Below, piece after piece: positions 46,015-55,740 of a stretch of DNA of 64,000 nt. The notes under the pieces were generated by a model. The model saw only the letters and a program-made list of their open reading frames with translations, was not told the origin of the DNA and made no database searches. A program made the position numbers and the translations under genes. Numbering within the stretch: the stretch's first letter is position 1; each line of letters begins with the position of its first letter. Origin of the DNA: a virus; the IMG/VR virus record IMGVR_UViG_3300028127_000003, one strand, 5' to 3'.

Positions 46015-46683
46015 TTAAGATTTCCCGATGATTTCGTCAATAATACCATAAGCTTTAGCTTCTTTTGCATTTAACCAAAAGTCTCTAGTCGCATCTTTCA
46101 TTACTTCGTCAGCTGGTTTTCCACAATATTCTCCTAAAAGATTAAATAATTCTTTATTTACTTTTTGCCATTCTTTCCAATCTATTTCAGCATCTTGAAT
46201 ATTACCATTAAATCCACCAGAGGATTGGTGTAACATTGTAGTAGAATGTCTAAGTGAAGATCTTTTTCCCTTAGTTCCTGCTCCTAATAAAACAGAACCC
46301 ATTGATGCAGCCATACCAGTATTTACTGTTTTAATATCTGACTTAATGTAATCCATAACATCAACCATTGAAAGTCCACTTTTAACACTTCCACCTGGAG
46401 AATCAATATGCATCGTAATATCTGTTCCTCCAACTGAGTCTAAAAACATCAACTGTGCTTGAACAATCGTAGACATATTATCATTAACAGGTCCTGCAAC
46501 CCATAATAACCTATCCATCATTAATCTAGAAAAGATATCCATCTGAGTAGCTCTTAACTCTCTTTCTTCTAAGATATATGGAGTTAACGAGTTTTCAATC
46601 TGCTTCTCATAGTAATTTAATTTAGATGATGAAACATTATGATCACTCATCGCATACTTTTCAAATTCTTTTCCGTAATTCAT
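46015..46683 (-). CDS. clpP: ATP-dependent Clp protease proteolytic subunit
   Basis: DIFSRLMMDR, IDSPGG, GMAASMG (Ser), MLHQ (His), RDFWL (Asp). Confidence 0.95.
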   Translation of the reverse strand: MNYGKEFEKYAMSDHNVSSSKLNYYEKQIENSLTPYILEERELRATQMDIFSRLMMDRLLWVAGPVNDNMSTIVQAQLMFLDSVGGTDITMHIDSPGGSVKSGLSMVDVMDYIKSDIKTVNTGMAASMGSVLLGAGTKGKRSSLRHSTTMLHQSSGGFNGNIQDAEIDWKEWQKVNKELFNLLGEYCGKPADEVMKDATRDFWLNAKEAKAYGIIDEIIGKS

Positions 46684-46711
46684 ATAATTCTTTGTGTGTA
46701 TTATTTTAATA

Positions 46712-47551
46712 TTATATTAAGTTATCCTTAAATGTTTCAACATAAGAATAAGTATTATCAGATTCGGTATCATCTCCTTGTGTTATTAGATTATGATTAG
46801 TCATATACACTTGCATGTTTTTGAATTGATAATTAATCCATACGTCAACTGGGCCGACAATAGGCAAACCTTCTAATAATTTCTTAGCTCCTTCGTATGT
46901 TAATACATAACCAGATAACCACCATACTCCATTATATAACCGTGATAGATTTTGGGAATGAGGATCCCATGTAAATCCAAATTGATTTGGCAAACTAGAA
47001 AGATACAATAAATCCCAATCATTAGGAAGTTCTTTTTCAAATATGCTTTCTATTTTATCTTGAAATTTATGACAAAATTCAAAGTCATCTTCCATTATGA
47101 GGGTGACTGGTGTTTTATTCTCTACAATTTCTTTCCAAATTCTATAGTGTGAAAATGCGATTCCAGTTTCAGCAGAAGAACATAATATCTTATTATTTCT
47201 TTTTAATTTATTTTTCATTCCGGGAGAAGGATCTATTTCCCAGTGAAATGAAAATGGATATTTGTTAATGTGTATTTTTTTAGAAAACCACTTTATTCTT
47301 TTTCCTTCTATTGCGTCAAAGAATCTTAAATGATCTAGTAATGTTTTACGTCCCTTTAGTTTTTGGGAAGATGCTCTCTTCTCTGCTATTTTTAATCTAT
47401 CTTTCCTGTATGCTAGATGAATAACTACGGTGTCGTCAATATACTTAGTCCATTCAATTCTTTTCTGTCTCTCGAATACTCGTAAGAGTCGAGAGAACCA
47501 TTTTGATGTGGTTCTAGCGACTCTATTAAATCCTTCAAGCCCGTACTTCAT
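46712..47551 (-). CDS. Glycosyltransferase family 25 (COLGALT/LgtB-like)
   Basis: IHLAYRKDR, FFDAIEG, SHYRIWKEIV..LIMEDD, DWDLLYL, GYVLTYEGAKKLL..PVDVWI. Confidence 0.82.
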   Translation of the reverse strand: MKYGLEGFNRVARTTSKWFSRLLRVFERQKRIEWTKYIDDTVVIHLAYRKDRLKIAEKRASSQKLKGRKTLLDHLRFFDAIEGKRIKWFSKKIHINKYPFSFHWEIDPSPGMKNKLKRNNKILCSSAETGIAFSHYRIWKEIVENKTPVTLIMEDDFEFCHKFQDKIESIFEKELPNDWDLLYLSSLPNQFGFTWDPHSQNLSRLYNGVWWLSGYVLTYEGAKKLLEGLPIVGPVDVWINYQFKNMQVYMTNHNLITQGDDTESDNTYSYVETFKDNLI

Positions 47552-47559
47552 TATTGAAT

Positions 47560-47862
47560 TTATATTCTATTTAGCAAGTCTGTGATGTGTTTACATTTTT
47601 CGTAATTTTCTCTTTCTTTAAAAAATTCTAGAGATTTTTGCAAAGACTTATTATATCTATCTTCATCCAAGAGGGATTCATACTCATTTCCTTGTTCATC
47701 TATCAATTTACATAGTATATTTCCTTTCATTGATATTCCATCAATAGTATCTTCTATGTGTTGTACGATATTTAAATGAAAACCGACAATGTCATCTATG
47801 CCATCTTCCAAGGAACCCAGTTCCATCGTCCTAGTGTTAATCCTGAATTTCGGGTATTCCAT
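47560..47862 (-). CDS. Small protein with C-terminal UVR-like motif
   Basis: LQKSLEFFKERENYEKCKHITDLL. Confidence 0.65.
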   Translation of the reverse strand: MEYPKFRINTRTMELGSLEDGIDDIVGFHLNIVQHIEDTIDGISMKGNILCKLIDEQGNEYESLLDEDRYNKSLQKSLEFFKERENYEKCKHITDLLNRI

Positions 47863-48736
47863 CCTTTCCTATGAGTTCTTCTTCATTAATAATACCTGCG
47901 AATGATTCTAGAATTTGTCTGAATTCTTTCTGTGTAGGTTTTTCAGTTTCTATAGTCTCGTTTACTTTTTCTATAAAGGATAATCCATGATCTGTTAATA
48001 GCATCTTACCCGCTTCAATGGTAAAGAATGGTTGATCTATTATCATTGCGTATTGTGTAGAATCTTCTATAATTTCTTGTTGAATTTTAGCTGCTAATTC
48101 GAAGTGTCTTTCGTAGAAATGAGAGTTATCTGCACAATGGTAATATACTCCTAGGTCTAGTTCAGGGTATGTGTCTTTTAACCATAGATGAACATGTTGG
48201 TGAACGAATGCAAAGAAAGGTGCGTCAAACGTTAATCCATAGAACACATCATTAGATCTCATTTGAACTTTCATATTCAATTGATTATTTCTAATAAAGA
48301 AATTTAAGTACATAGTACATACAAAATCTTTATTACCTTCAAACTGAAATTTGGGTTGATTAAGAAATGCTATCGCCTGTCTCGTGTTTTGATCCGCTTT
48401 TAATGAATCTACAACCCATTCTAATTGTTCATTAAATAATAGTGAACCGTAGTTTGAGTTAATTTCATTTGAATTAGGATTAGTTAATGTAGACCAGAAT
48501 CCTGAAAATTGACCTATATAATCTACATCGTTATCTTTTCGTAGATACCATGTTAATTCACCTGCAAAGTATTTCCAGTTGAATTTTCTATTTTCAAAAT
48601 TAGCAATAGGCATGTAAGGATCTATAGGTAAAGTTGTAAGGGCTAATTCCTTTACTTTCATATCACGTGGTTGTGATACACTTCCTATATCGTCTATGTT
48701 TGTAATTGTTTTTGAGAATTGACTTGAAAAATTCAT
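47837..48736 (-). CDS. Thymidylate-synthase-superfamily enzyme, T4 gp42 dCMP hydroxymethylase-like
   Basis: NSNYG, TRQA, DFVCT, MRSNDVFYGLTFD (Asp at specificity site), HFYERHF. Confidence 0.75.
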   Translation of the reverse strand: MNFSSQFSKTITNIDDIGSVSQPRDMKVKELALTTLPIDPYMPIANFENRKFNWKYFAGELTWYLRKDNDVDYIGQFSGFWSTLTNPNSNEINSNYGSLLFNEQLEWVVDSLKADQNTRQAIAFLNQPKFQFEGNKDFVCTMYLNFFIRNNQLNMKVQMRSNDVFYGLTFDAPFFAFVHQHVHLWLKDTYPELDLGVYYHCADNSHFYERHFELAAKIQQEIIEDSTQYAMIIDQPFFTIEAGKMLLTDHGLSFIEKVNETIETEKPTQKEFRQILESFAGIINEEELIGKDGIPEIQD

Positions 48737-48763
48737 TTAATAAGTTATTAGTTTATTATTATA

Positions 48764-50767
48764 CTACTTTTTAATAGAAAGTTTATCTTCTTTCTTCGTA
48801 TGATTGATTGTGTACACCTCGTCTCCTCTAACTATTTCTCCTTTAATAATAGCATCCGCTAAAAGATCTTCAATGTAAGTTTGAACCGCTCTCTTCAAGG
48901 GTCTTGCACCATAATCAGGATCATATCCTTTTTCTGCTAAGAATTCCTTTGCTTGCTTAGTAACTTTAATATTATATTTCTGATCAAACATTCTAATTAC
49001 CAGGTGTCTAACTTCAATATCAACAATTTGAAGAATATCTTCATGCTTTAATTGGTCGAATAATACTACATCATCTAATCTATTTAAAAATTCCGGTGCA
49101 AACTTATTTTTAAGTTCCTTTGCGATGATAGCTTCAGTGTGTGCTTTTCTTCCAGCGATTGAAGATTTCTTAGTTTCAAATCCAATACCCGTTCCGAACT
49201 CACTTACTTTTTTAGCACCGACATTAGATGTCATAATGATAATCGTATTCGTAAAGTCAACTGTTCTTCCTAATGAATCTGTTAATCTTCCTTCGTCTAA
49301 TACTTGTAGTAAAGTATTGAATACATCAGGGTGTGCTTTTTCAATTTCATCGAAAAGTACAACCGAATAAGGTCTTCTTCTAACCTGTTCTGTTAATTGA
49401 CCGCCATCTTCATGACCAACATATCCAGGAGGAGAACCAATTAATCTTGATACTGCAAACTTTTCCATGTATTCGCTCATATCAATTCTAATTAAATGAT
49501 CTTCTGATCCAAAGTAATAATTAGTAATCGCCTTTACTGTTTCTGTTTTACCAACACCAGTTGGTCCTAAGAACATAAAAGAACCTATAGGTTTTTTAGC
49601 AGATGATACACCAGTTCTTGATCTTTTAATTACCTTAGAGAGTGCGTCTACTGCTTGATCTTGTCCAATAATCATTTTCTTAAGCTCTGTTTCCATTGCT
49701 AGGATTATTTTACTTTCATCACCTGTCATTCTTGTTACAGGAATTCCTGTTGCTTGTGAAATAGTTTCAGCAATATCTTCGGCTGTTACTTTTTTCTTTT
49801 TATCTCTTAGTGACTTTTCCCATGCAGATATTTTCTTTTCAATTAAATTCTTAGATTGAATTTCTTTATCTCTAAAGTGAGCAGCTTTTTCATAGTCTTG
49901 TTCTTCAACTGCCTTTAATTTGTCAAGTGTTAAAGCTTCTACCTCAGTCTCCGCTCTTTTAATATGCACAGGTACTTTGATTTCGCTTAAGTGAACTTTT
50001 GCACCTGATTCATCCATTAAATCAATAGCCTTATCAGGAAGTTCTCTACTTGTAATATACCTTGTAGAAAGAGAGACACATGCTTCTAGTGCATCATCAG
50101 TATATTCAACTGCATGATAATCTTCATAGTTTCCTTTAATTCTTTGTAAGATTTCGATAGTATCTTCCTCGCTAGGTGGATCTATAAATACTTCTTGGAA
50201 TCTTCTAGTAAGTGCACCATCATCTTCAATATTTTCTCTATATTCATCTAAAGTAGTTGCACCAATACATTGTACTTGTCCTCTCGCTAATGCAGGTTTT
50301 AATATATTTGAAGCGTCTAAAGATCCACTAACACCACCTGCTCCAACGATTGTATGTAATTCATCGATAAAAACAATGATGTCTTTGTTATTCTTTAATT
50401 CCTCAACGATAAGTTTCATTCTTTCTTCAAACTCACCTCTATATTTTGTACCTGCTACGATATTAGAAATATTGATAGAAACTATTCTTTTCTTTAAAAG
50501 AGTTCTTGCTACTTTCTTATCTACGATTCTTTGTGCAATCGCCTCTACTAACGCAGTCTTACCTACACCAGGATCTCCTAAAATAATAGGATTATTCTTC
50601 TTTCTTCTCGATAGGATTTGGCAAATTCTATACACTTCTTTTTCCCTTCCGATAATAGGATCTAGATTTCCTTTTGCAGCTTCAGCTGTTAGGTCTTCTC
50701 CATACTCATCAACGTAAGGTGTTTTTCTTTTACCGCCTTTTCCTGGATTTTCAAATTGTTCTGCCAT
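48764..50767 (-). CDS. clpC: ClpC-like AAA+ unfoldase lacking the N-terminal Clp-N domain
   Basis: DPIIGREKE, GDPGVGKT, FIDELH, UVR segment EEQDYEKAAHFRD, GPTGVGKT, FDEIEKAH, GIGF ClpP-docking loop, GARPLKR. Confidence 0.9.
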   Translation of the reverse strand: MAEQFENPGKGGKRKTPYVDEYGEDLTAEAAKGNLDPIIGREKEVYRICQILSRRKKNNPIILGDPGVGKTALVEAIAQRIVDKKVARTLLKKRIVSINISNIVAGTKYRGEFEERMKLIVEELKNNKDIIVFIDELHTIVGAGGVSGSLDASNILKPALARGQVQCIGATTLDEYRENIEDDGALTRRFQEVFIDPPSEEDTIEILQRIKGNYEDYHAVEYTDDALEACVSLSTRYITSRELPDKAIDLMDESGAKVHLSEIKVPVHIKRAETEVEALTLDKLKAVEEQDYEKAAHFRDKEIQSKNLIEKKISAWEKSLRDKKKKVTAEDIAETISQATGIPVTRMTGDESKIILAMETELKKMIIGQDQAVDALSKVIKRSRTGVSSAKKPIGSFMFLGPTGVGKTETVKAITNYYFGSEDHLIRIDMSEYMEKFAVSRLIGSPPGYVGHEDGGQLTEQVRRRPYSVVLFDEIEKAHPDVFNTLLQVLDEGRLTDSLGRTVDFTNTIIIMTSNVGAKKVSEFGTGIGFETKKSSIAGRKAHTEAIIAKELKNKFAPEFLNRLDDVVLFDQLKHEDILQIVDIEVRHLVIRMFDQKYNIKVTKQAKEFLAEKGYDPDYGARPLKRAVQTYIEDLLADAIIKGEIVRGDEVYTINHTKKEDKLSIKK

Positions 50768-50815
50768 TGTAGAATTTAATTGTTATACTTATTTTACTCC
50801 GTTTTTAGGAATTGT

Positions 50816-51271
50816 TTATTTTGACAGATTATCTGCGGCTGCTATTGCAGGTAAGATATCTGGCTTTATTCTTACTTTAATTCCAAGAGACTTAACATAA
50901 CCTATCGCAGCGTTAACTACTTTATTAGAAGCGTGTTGTTCTTGGTGGTTGAGGTCTAAATCAATTGTATGTATATTTATCCCATTATCCCGAAGATATT
51001 GTGTAACTTCGACGGATCTTTCAACTTCTCCCCATAACTTTCTCCACATATCTCGAATAGGTTCTACCTTTTCCTTCTTATAAAGAACATGGCATCCAGT
51101 ATTTCCAACATGAATTACAACCGTGCTTACGTATGTTGTAAACTCACCCTTTACATGTGAATCACATCCTACGTAAATTCGAATTGAATTATTGGAATTT
51201 CTTTTTATGTATTGTTTCAGATATGTCGCTAAATCAATTTGCGACTTATCAGCAAGTCTTCTGAACTTCAT
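50816..51271 (-). CDS. RNase H-like protein, YkuK family
   Basis: IYVGCDSH, LWGEVERS, IDLDLN, VRIKPD..AAAD. Confidence 0.7.
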   Translation of the reverse strand: MKFRRLADKSQIDLATYLKQYIKRNSNNSIRIYVGCDSHVKGEFTTYVSTVVIHVGNTGCHVLYKKEKVEPIRDMWRKLWGEVERSVEVTQYLRDNGINIHTIDLDLNHQEQHASNKVVNAAIGYVKSLGIKVRIKPDILPAIAAADNLSK

Positions 51272-51283
51272 CTATTATATTTA

Positions 51284-51949
51284 TTAGAAATTGGTGGAGT
51301 CGGTATTCTTAGAAAACTTATTATGATACTCTGTAATTTTAGACACTGCTTCTTCTGCAGTATCAACTACTCTAAATAAATCAAAATCTTTTTGACATAT
51401 TGCACCATGTTTCCATAAAGTATTTTGCATCCAATCTACGAGACCTTCCCAATAATCTCTACCTACAAGAACAATAGGATATTTTACATTATGTCCGCAT
51501 TGTGCAAGTGTTATGGCTTCGAATAACTCATCTAAGGTTCCAACACCTCCTGGGCAAATAACAAATGCCTGTGAATATTTAAGGAACATTACTTTTCGTG
51601 TAAAGAAATATCTGTTCTCGACTCCTAAATCAACGTAATCGTTCATGCTAGCTTCGAATGGTAATTCAATTCCAACACCTATACTTTTACCTAATGCTTC
51701 ATGTGCTCCTTTATTTGCAGCTTCCATAATTCCAGGACCACCTCCTGTGATTACACCAAACCCTGCTTCAACGAGAAGCTTTCCAATTTTCTCAGCTTCT
51801 TTATACATTGGATTTGTTGATAATGTTCTAGCGCTTCCAAATACAGAAACACAAGGACCTAATTCATTAAACGTATCAAACCCCTTTGTGAATTCTCCCT
51901 GAATTCTTAGAATCTGCCAAGCATCTTCAGATTTTCTATTGTTACTCAT
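51284..51949 (-). CDS. LOG family nucleotide phosphoribohydrolase (TIGR00730-like)
   Basis: VSVFGSAR, ITGGGPGIMEAANKGA, FFTRKVMF, PGGVGTLDELFE. Confidence 0.9.
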   Translation of the reverse strand: MSNNRKSEDAWQILRIQGEFTKGFDTFNELGPCVSVFGSARTLSTNPMYKEAEKIGKLLVEAGFGVITGGGPGIMEAANKGAHEALGKSIGVGIELPFEASMNDYVDLGVENRYFFTRKVMFLKYSQAFVICPGGVGTLDELFEAITLAQCGHNVKYPIVLVGRDYWEGLVDWMQNTLWKHGAICQKDFDLFRVVDTAEEAVSKITEYHNKFSKNTDSTNF

Positions 51950-52010
51950 TATGTGTTTTGATTATGTGAATACTTTAATATTATACTAAGATATTCCTAA
52001 AAGTTTAGAT

Positions 52011-52040
52011 AAAAAAAGACCAATTCGTTAGAATTGGTCT
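52011..52040 (-). terminator. Rho-independent terminator
   Basis: AGACCAATTC-GTTA-GAATTGGTCT with A7 run (U-tract on minus strand). Confidence 0.8.
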
Positions 52041-52208
52041 TAAAATAAATTATTTCTGTATAGCTATTCGTTCAAGTTTAAATATAAAACTTATGGTTTA
52101 TATATCAATGTTATTTGGGTGAAATGTAATATTTTAATAAATTAGTAGAATAAAATGATAATATCAAAATATCATATTATCATAATTTTAGAATCTTAAA
52201 ATATCTTA

Positions 52209-52445
52209 TTATTTTAATCTAATATTATTTACTGATCTTCCAGTACATCTCCAACATAAAGAAGCTGTTGTATCTGTGCCAACCTCGGACCATTCGTCGC
52301 ATTCTCCGTTCTCTGGTGCAAATTCAGAATATTTACTCATAGTTGGTTTTGAGTTTTGACATATCATCATTCTCATACCATTTACGTCTTTGGTTTTCCA
52401 ATGTGTTGTTTTCTTAGCCATTTTAGTTTGTATTAATCTTATCAT
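52209..52445 (-). CDS. Small Cys-containing hypothetical protein
   Basis: C..., CDEW, CWRC possible Zn ribbon; probable start MAKKTT. Confidence 0.5.
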   Translation of the reverse strand: MIRLIQTKMAKKTTHWKTKDVNGMRMMICQNSKPTMSKYSEFAPENGECDEWSEVGTDTTASLCWRCTGRSVNNIRLK

Positions 52446-52457
52446 AATATTAAGTTA

Positions 52458-52724
52458 TTATAATAGGTCTTCGTCTTCTTCATCTTTAAAATCTAGATCT
52501 ATTTTAAAATTCTGCATTTGTGTATACAAATCGTCTAGTATATGTGCAGCTACTAAAAAATTAACAGTAATTCCTATTGAAAAGATCCATCCAAACGACC
52601 ATCCTGATATCCATGCAATGAATGAAGATACGAGAGCTATTAATACAGCTGGAATTGCAAAGATAGCTGCAATGACACTAACGATTAGTGCACAGTATAT
52701 CATTTTTGATAAGACGTTATTCAT
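52458..52724 (-). CDS. Small membrane protein
   Basis: Two hydrophobic segments and acidic tail; class II motif upstream. Confidence 0.55.
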   Translation of the reverse strand: MNNVLSKMIYCALIVSVIAAIFAIPAVLIALVSSFIAWISGWSFGWIFSIGITVNFLVAAHILDDLYTQMQNFKIDLDFKDEEDEDLL

Positions 52725-52777
52725 ATTAAAAGTTTAAGTTAATCCTTTAATATTATACTCTAATAATCTTAATTGTT

Positions 52778-53728
52778 TCAATTACCCTTTTTTCTTGAAG
52801 GAGGAGAGCTTGAACGAACAGGTGTCGAAGATCTTGTATTAGATGGACGAGAATTATTAATCACAGGTCTATTATTATTAGATGGACGAGAATTATTGTT
52901 AAACGTTGGGCGATTATTTCTCACTGGCGGTTTTTCTCTAATAATTCTTGGCCTAGTGTTTGTATTATTAGAGTTGTTCTCGGGTCTCTGATAAACTCTT
53001 ACTCGTGTGTTATTATTTCTATTCGGACTATTATTGATGATAACCTCATTGTTCCTAGTATTATTAGTGCTTCTTCTAGTAGTCGTACTTCTAGTTCTTC
53101 TTCCATTATTTACTTCAGTTCTAATACTTGAACGTCTGCCATTAATATGCACTGTATTTGTTCTGCCACTTCTCCAACCTGGGATTCCATAGACGTTATT
53201 ACCATAATACGGCCATCCTCCATAATAATTATTAAAGTGTGAACCATACCATCCATAATGGTTTCCATATCCCCAGCCATGATTATTCCAACCATAGTAG
53301 ATTCCATATCCCCATCTATCATATCCAAATGGTGACCATCTATGAGGAGAGCCCCAAGAATTCCAGCCTGTATAACCCCAAGCCCAATCATTCCACATCT
53401 GATCTCTATTCCAGCTCCAATAATAATTATTCCATCTAGAATCGTATTGTCTTCCTAGTAATCTATTATTCCAATCAAATGACCTCGGTTGACTCAATGC
53501 GTATTGCGCAAAGTCTAATCTGAAGCTTAGATCTGTTCTTAGTTTATTTCTAAATTGAAATTCGGATAGCGTGTCTATTTTAACATCTCCGAAGTGTTGC
53601 ATCGACGTCGACACATTGTGCGCCGAAACATCGTTATTTTGATCGTAACCCATCAATCGAAATTGTGTGCTACAAGAGGCTAGAAGAAAGATTCCTAGCA
53701 TTAGAATTAAGTGGTTTAGTTGTTTCAT
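52778..53728 (-). CDS. Lipoprotein with W/G/Y/N-rich core and R/N/S/P-rich tail
   Basis: Lipobox LLASC after hydrophobic signal; composition typical of a Bacteroidota lipoprotein family. Confidence 0.7.
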   Translation of the reverse strand: MKQLNHLILMLGIFLLASCSTQFRLMGYDQNNDVSAHNVSTSMQHFGDVKIDTLSEFQFRNKLRTDLSFRLDFAQYALSQPRSFDWNNRLLGRQYDSRWNNYYWSWNRDQMWNDWAWGYTGWNSWGSPHRWSPFGYDRWGYGIYYGWNNHGWGYGNHYGWYGSHFNNYYGGWPYYGNNVYGIPGWRSGRTNTVHINGRRSSIRTEVNNGRRTRSTTTRRSTNNTRNNEVIINNSPNRNNNTRVRVYQRPENNSNNTNTRPRIIREKPPVRNNRPTFNNNSRPSNNNRPVINNSRPSNTRSSTPVRSSSPPSRKKGN

Positions 53729-54049
53729 ATACCTTATATATCTCAGATTCCTCTAATTCCTCCTAGGACTTCTTAGTCTTGGAAATTTTTTGAGTTAGGA
53801 AATTTTTCTAAATAGTCATCGCCGCCTCTCTATACTCCCTCTAAGTCAGGGGAAAATTTGGAATTGACTTTTAAAAAAACGTATTTTTTCAATTTTATGT
53901 TTCTTCAAAATACTCTAATCCAAATATCAATCCATCGCAATTTACTCTAATATAGTATCAGGTCCCCTGTACCGGTAGGTAGTGGGGCCGCTCTCCGAGT
54001 CTCTGAGCCCTCAAATGTGTCATACTCAATATAGTCCACTTTTAATAGA

Positions 54050-54349
54050 GGCAATAACGTGAATGTGCGCTCGTCACCCACCGTCAACGATACTAAAAGC
54101 GTCCAACTCTCCCAAGCCCTTCTTGTCTCCTAGTAGATAGTAACGTTGATTAAGAGTGTTTTATTAGTTTAAGACCTCTAAGTCCTTAAACTGCCGCCGC
54201 ACCTCCGACGACTTAGTGTCATAGTGTGGCTCTTTTTTTGGGTTATTAAAGGGAATAGAGAAGGTCATCTTTGAGACCTTGGAGTCATGTGACGGCTTAG
54301 TGAGGGGTGTGCACTGTCGTCGGGGTTTTACCCTTGGACTTAAAGACTT
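54050..54349 (-). ncRNA. Candidate structured ncRNA
   Basis: No ORF; GC-richer; nested stems (54174-54185 with 54336-54347; 54205-54212 with 54316-54323; 54261-54280 hairpin); class II promoter directly upstream (54352-54381). Confidence 0.5.
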
Positions 54350-54451
54350 AAGTTATACTGCTAGGTCTCAGAAAAGTTTCATTTATACTGAACTTTTTTT
54401 CTCAAAGACTTGGAGGGCTAGTGGGGAGTAAGAGCGACGTGTTCGCGCTTC

Positions 54452-54970
54452 TTATCTAAATTTAGGTATATTTAGTTTAGGAGTTTTAAAAGATGTAAAC
54501 GATGTATTGGGTGGTTTCATCTTTACTGGAGGCGGCATTAAGCTCGTCGGCTTCATTGGATCTTTAGGACTCTTCTTTGGTTTACTAGGACTAGGTGAAT
54601 TATCTGCAGGTTGTTCGGCTGTGTTAGGAGTGTCTTGTGCACTACTCGAAACTTGATTCATCATTCTATCTCGTGCTTTCTGTTTGAAATAGTCTGTAAG
54701 GCTGAAACTTGACGTATCTTCTGGTGGTGCAGCTTGATTTTGAGCTTGCTTATCATTTAAATTTGCTTGCTTACTATCTACATGTGTATCTTGCGCTTTG
54801 TTCTTGGATTGCTGGTCACTCATTTGTGAATTTTGCTTAGAGTTTTGTGAATCGTTTGATGATAGCGACTTATTATTACTATTTGACATCTGGCTATTAT
54901 CTGAAGTATGTACTTGTGGAGTATTTACAAATGCATGCGCTTTATTAAATGGAGAATTTAGTTGGTTCAT
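54452..54970 (-). CDS. Low-complexity Q/N/S/P/K-rich hypothetical protein
   Basis: 172 aa, late-type GATATATA motif immediately upstream. Confidence 0.5.
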   Translation of the reverse strand: MNQLNSPFNKAHAFVNTPQVHTSDNSQMSNSNNKSLSSNDSQNSKQNSQMSDQQSKNKAQDTHVDSKQANLNDKQAQNQAAPPEDTSSFSLTDYFKQKARDRMMNQVSSSAQDTPNTAEQPADNSPSPSKPKKSPKDPMKPTSLMPPPVKMKPPNTSFTSFKTPKLNIPKFR

Positions 54971-55429
54971 ATTCTATATATCACGCATAGGGTATTTTTA
55001 TTGGTTTTTACACGCTCGAGAATATTTGAGCTTGGGTAACATTGCTTTTCTATATTATTTCTATCTAGGAGCACTCATAGGTATATACTGCTTAAATCAC
55101 ACACGAGACAAGTGGTTGACATTTAGCTAAGTGCTTTTTGACTATTGCTAATTATACAATTAATGTTAGAGCATGCCCCAAGGAAGGTCCCCCTCCCACC
55201 ACACGTTAATTCGCGTTTTAGTGTGACTACTCGGAGGCCTGTAAAAGCCTATCTAGCTCCTGTTGTAATTTGGGTATTTTTGGGCTATAAGGTGTTTCTA
55301 GCTTCAATTTGATGATCTCGGCTCTAATAGCCTCTACTCGTTGTTGTTTACTCTGTTCCATAAGGTATCTATTTGTTTATATAGCTAATATACTAAATTT
55401 CTATGACCCGGTATAATATTTGGGCAATT

Positions 55430-55740
55430 ATTTACCAGGGCTTGCCGGTGACTGCCGGTGCTGTCTAGGGCTCTCTGTCTCTCTAGGCTCCTCTGTATTC
55501 TAGGGTACTGTTGGCCATCTGGGGACTGTCCACGCTCCAGGTGACTCTGGACATGTCGGTGATCCGGCTTGTCAGGGTTGCTCTGGAGAGCTAGCTCTAT
55601 AGTGCTTCTATAGGCAACTGTCCAGGAACAGCCCTGGAGAGCTCCCAGGGCTCCCCGGACAGCCCCTGGAGCAAAAAGGCCCCTGGGAAGCCCTGGAGAG
55701 CTGCCCTGGGAGCTATTATATAGTGTTGTCTGGAGAAGTT
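55430..55740. repeat. GC-rich non-coding cluster of degenerate CCCTGGAGAG/CCWGG motifs at strand-switch
   Basis: GCCCTGGAGAGCT at 55631 and 55690; further CCCTGG/CTCTGGA copies in 55540-55735. Confidence 0.5.

Noticed and set aside
48764-50767. ClpB disaggregase or intein-containing ATPase
   Set aside because: Short UVR-type middle segment and IGF loop indicate ClpC-type; no intein motifs or size excess
53950-54349. tmRNA or RNase P RNA identity for the structured region
   Set aside because: No tRNA-like GGGG...CCA ends with T-loop, and no GAGGAAAGUCC P4 signature
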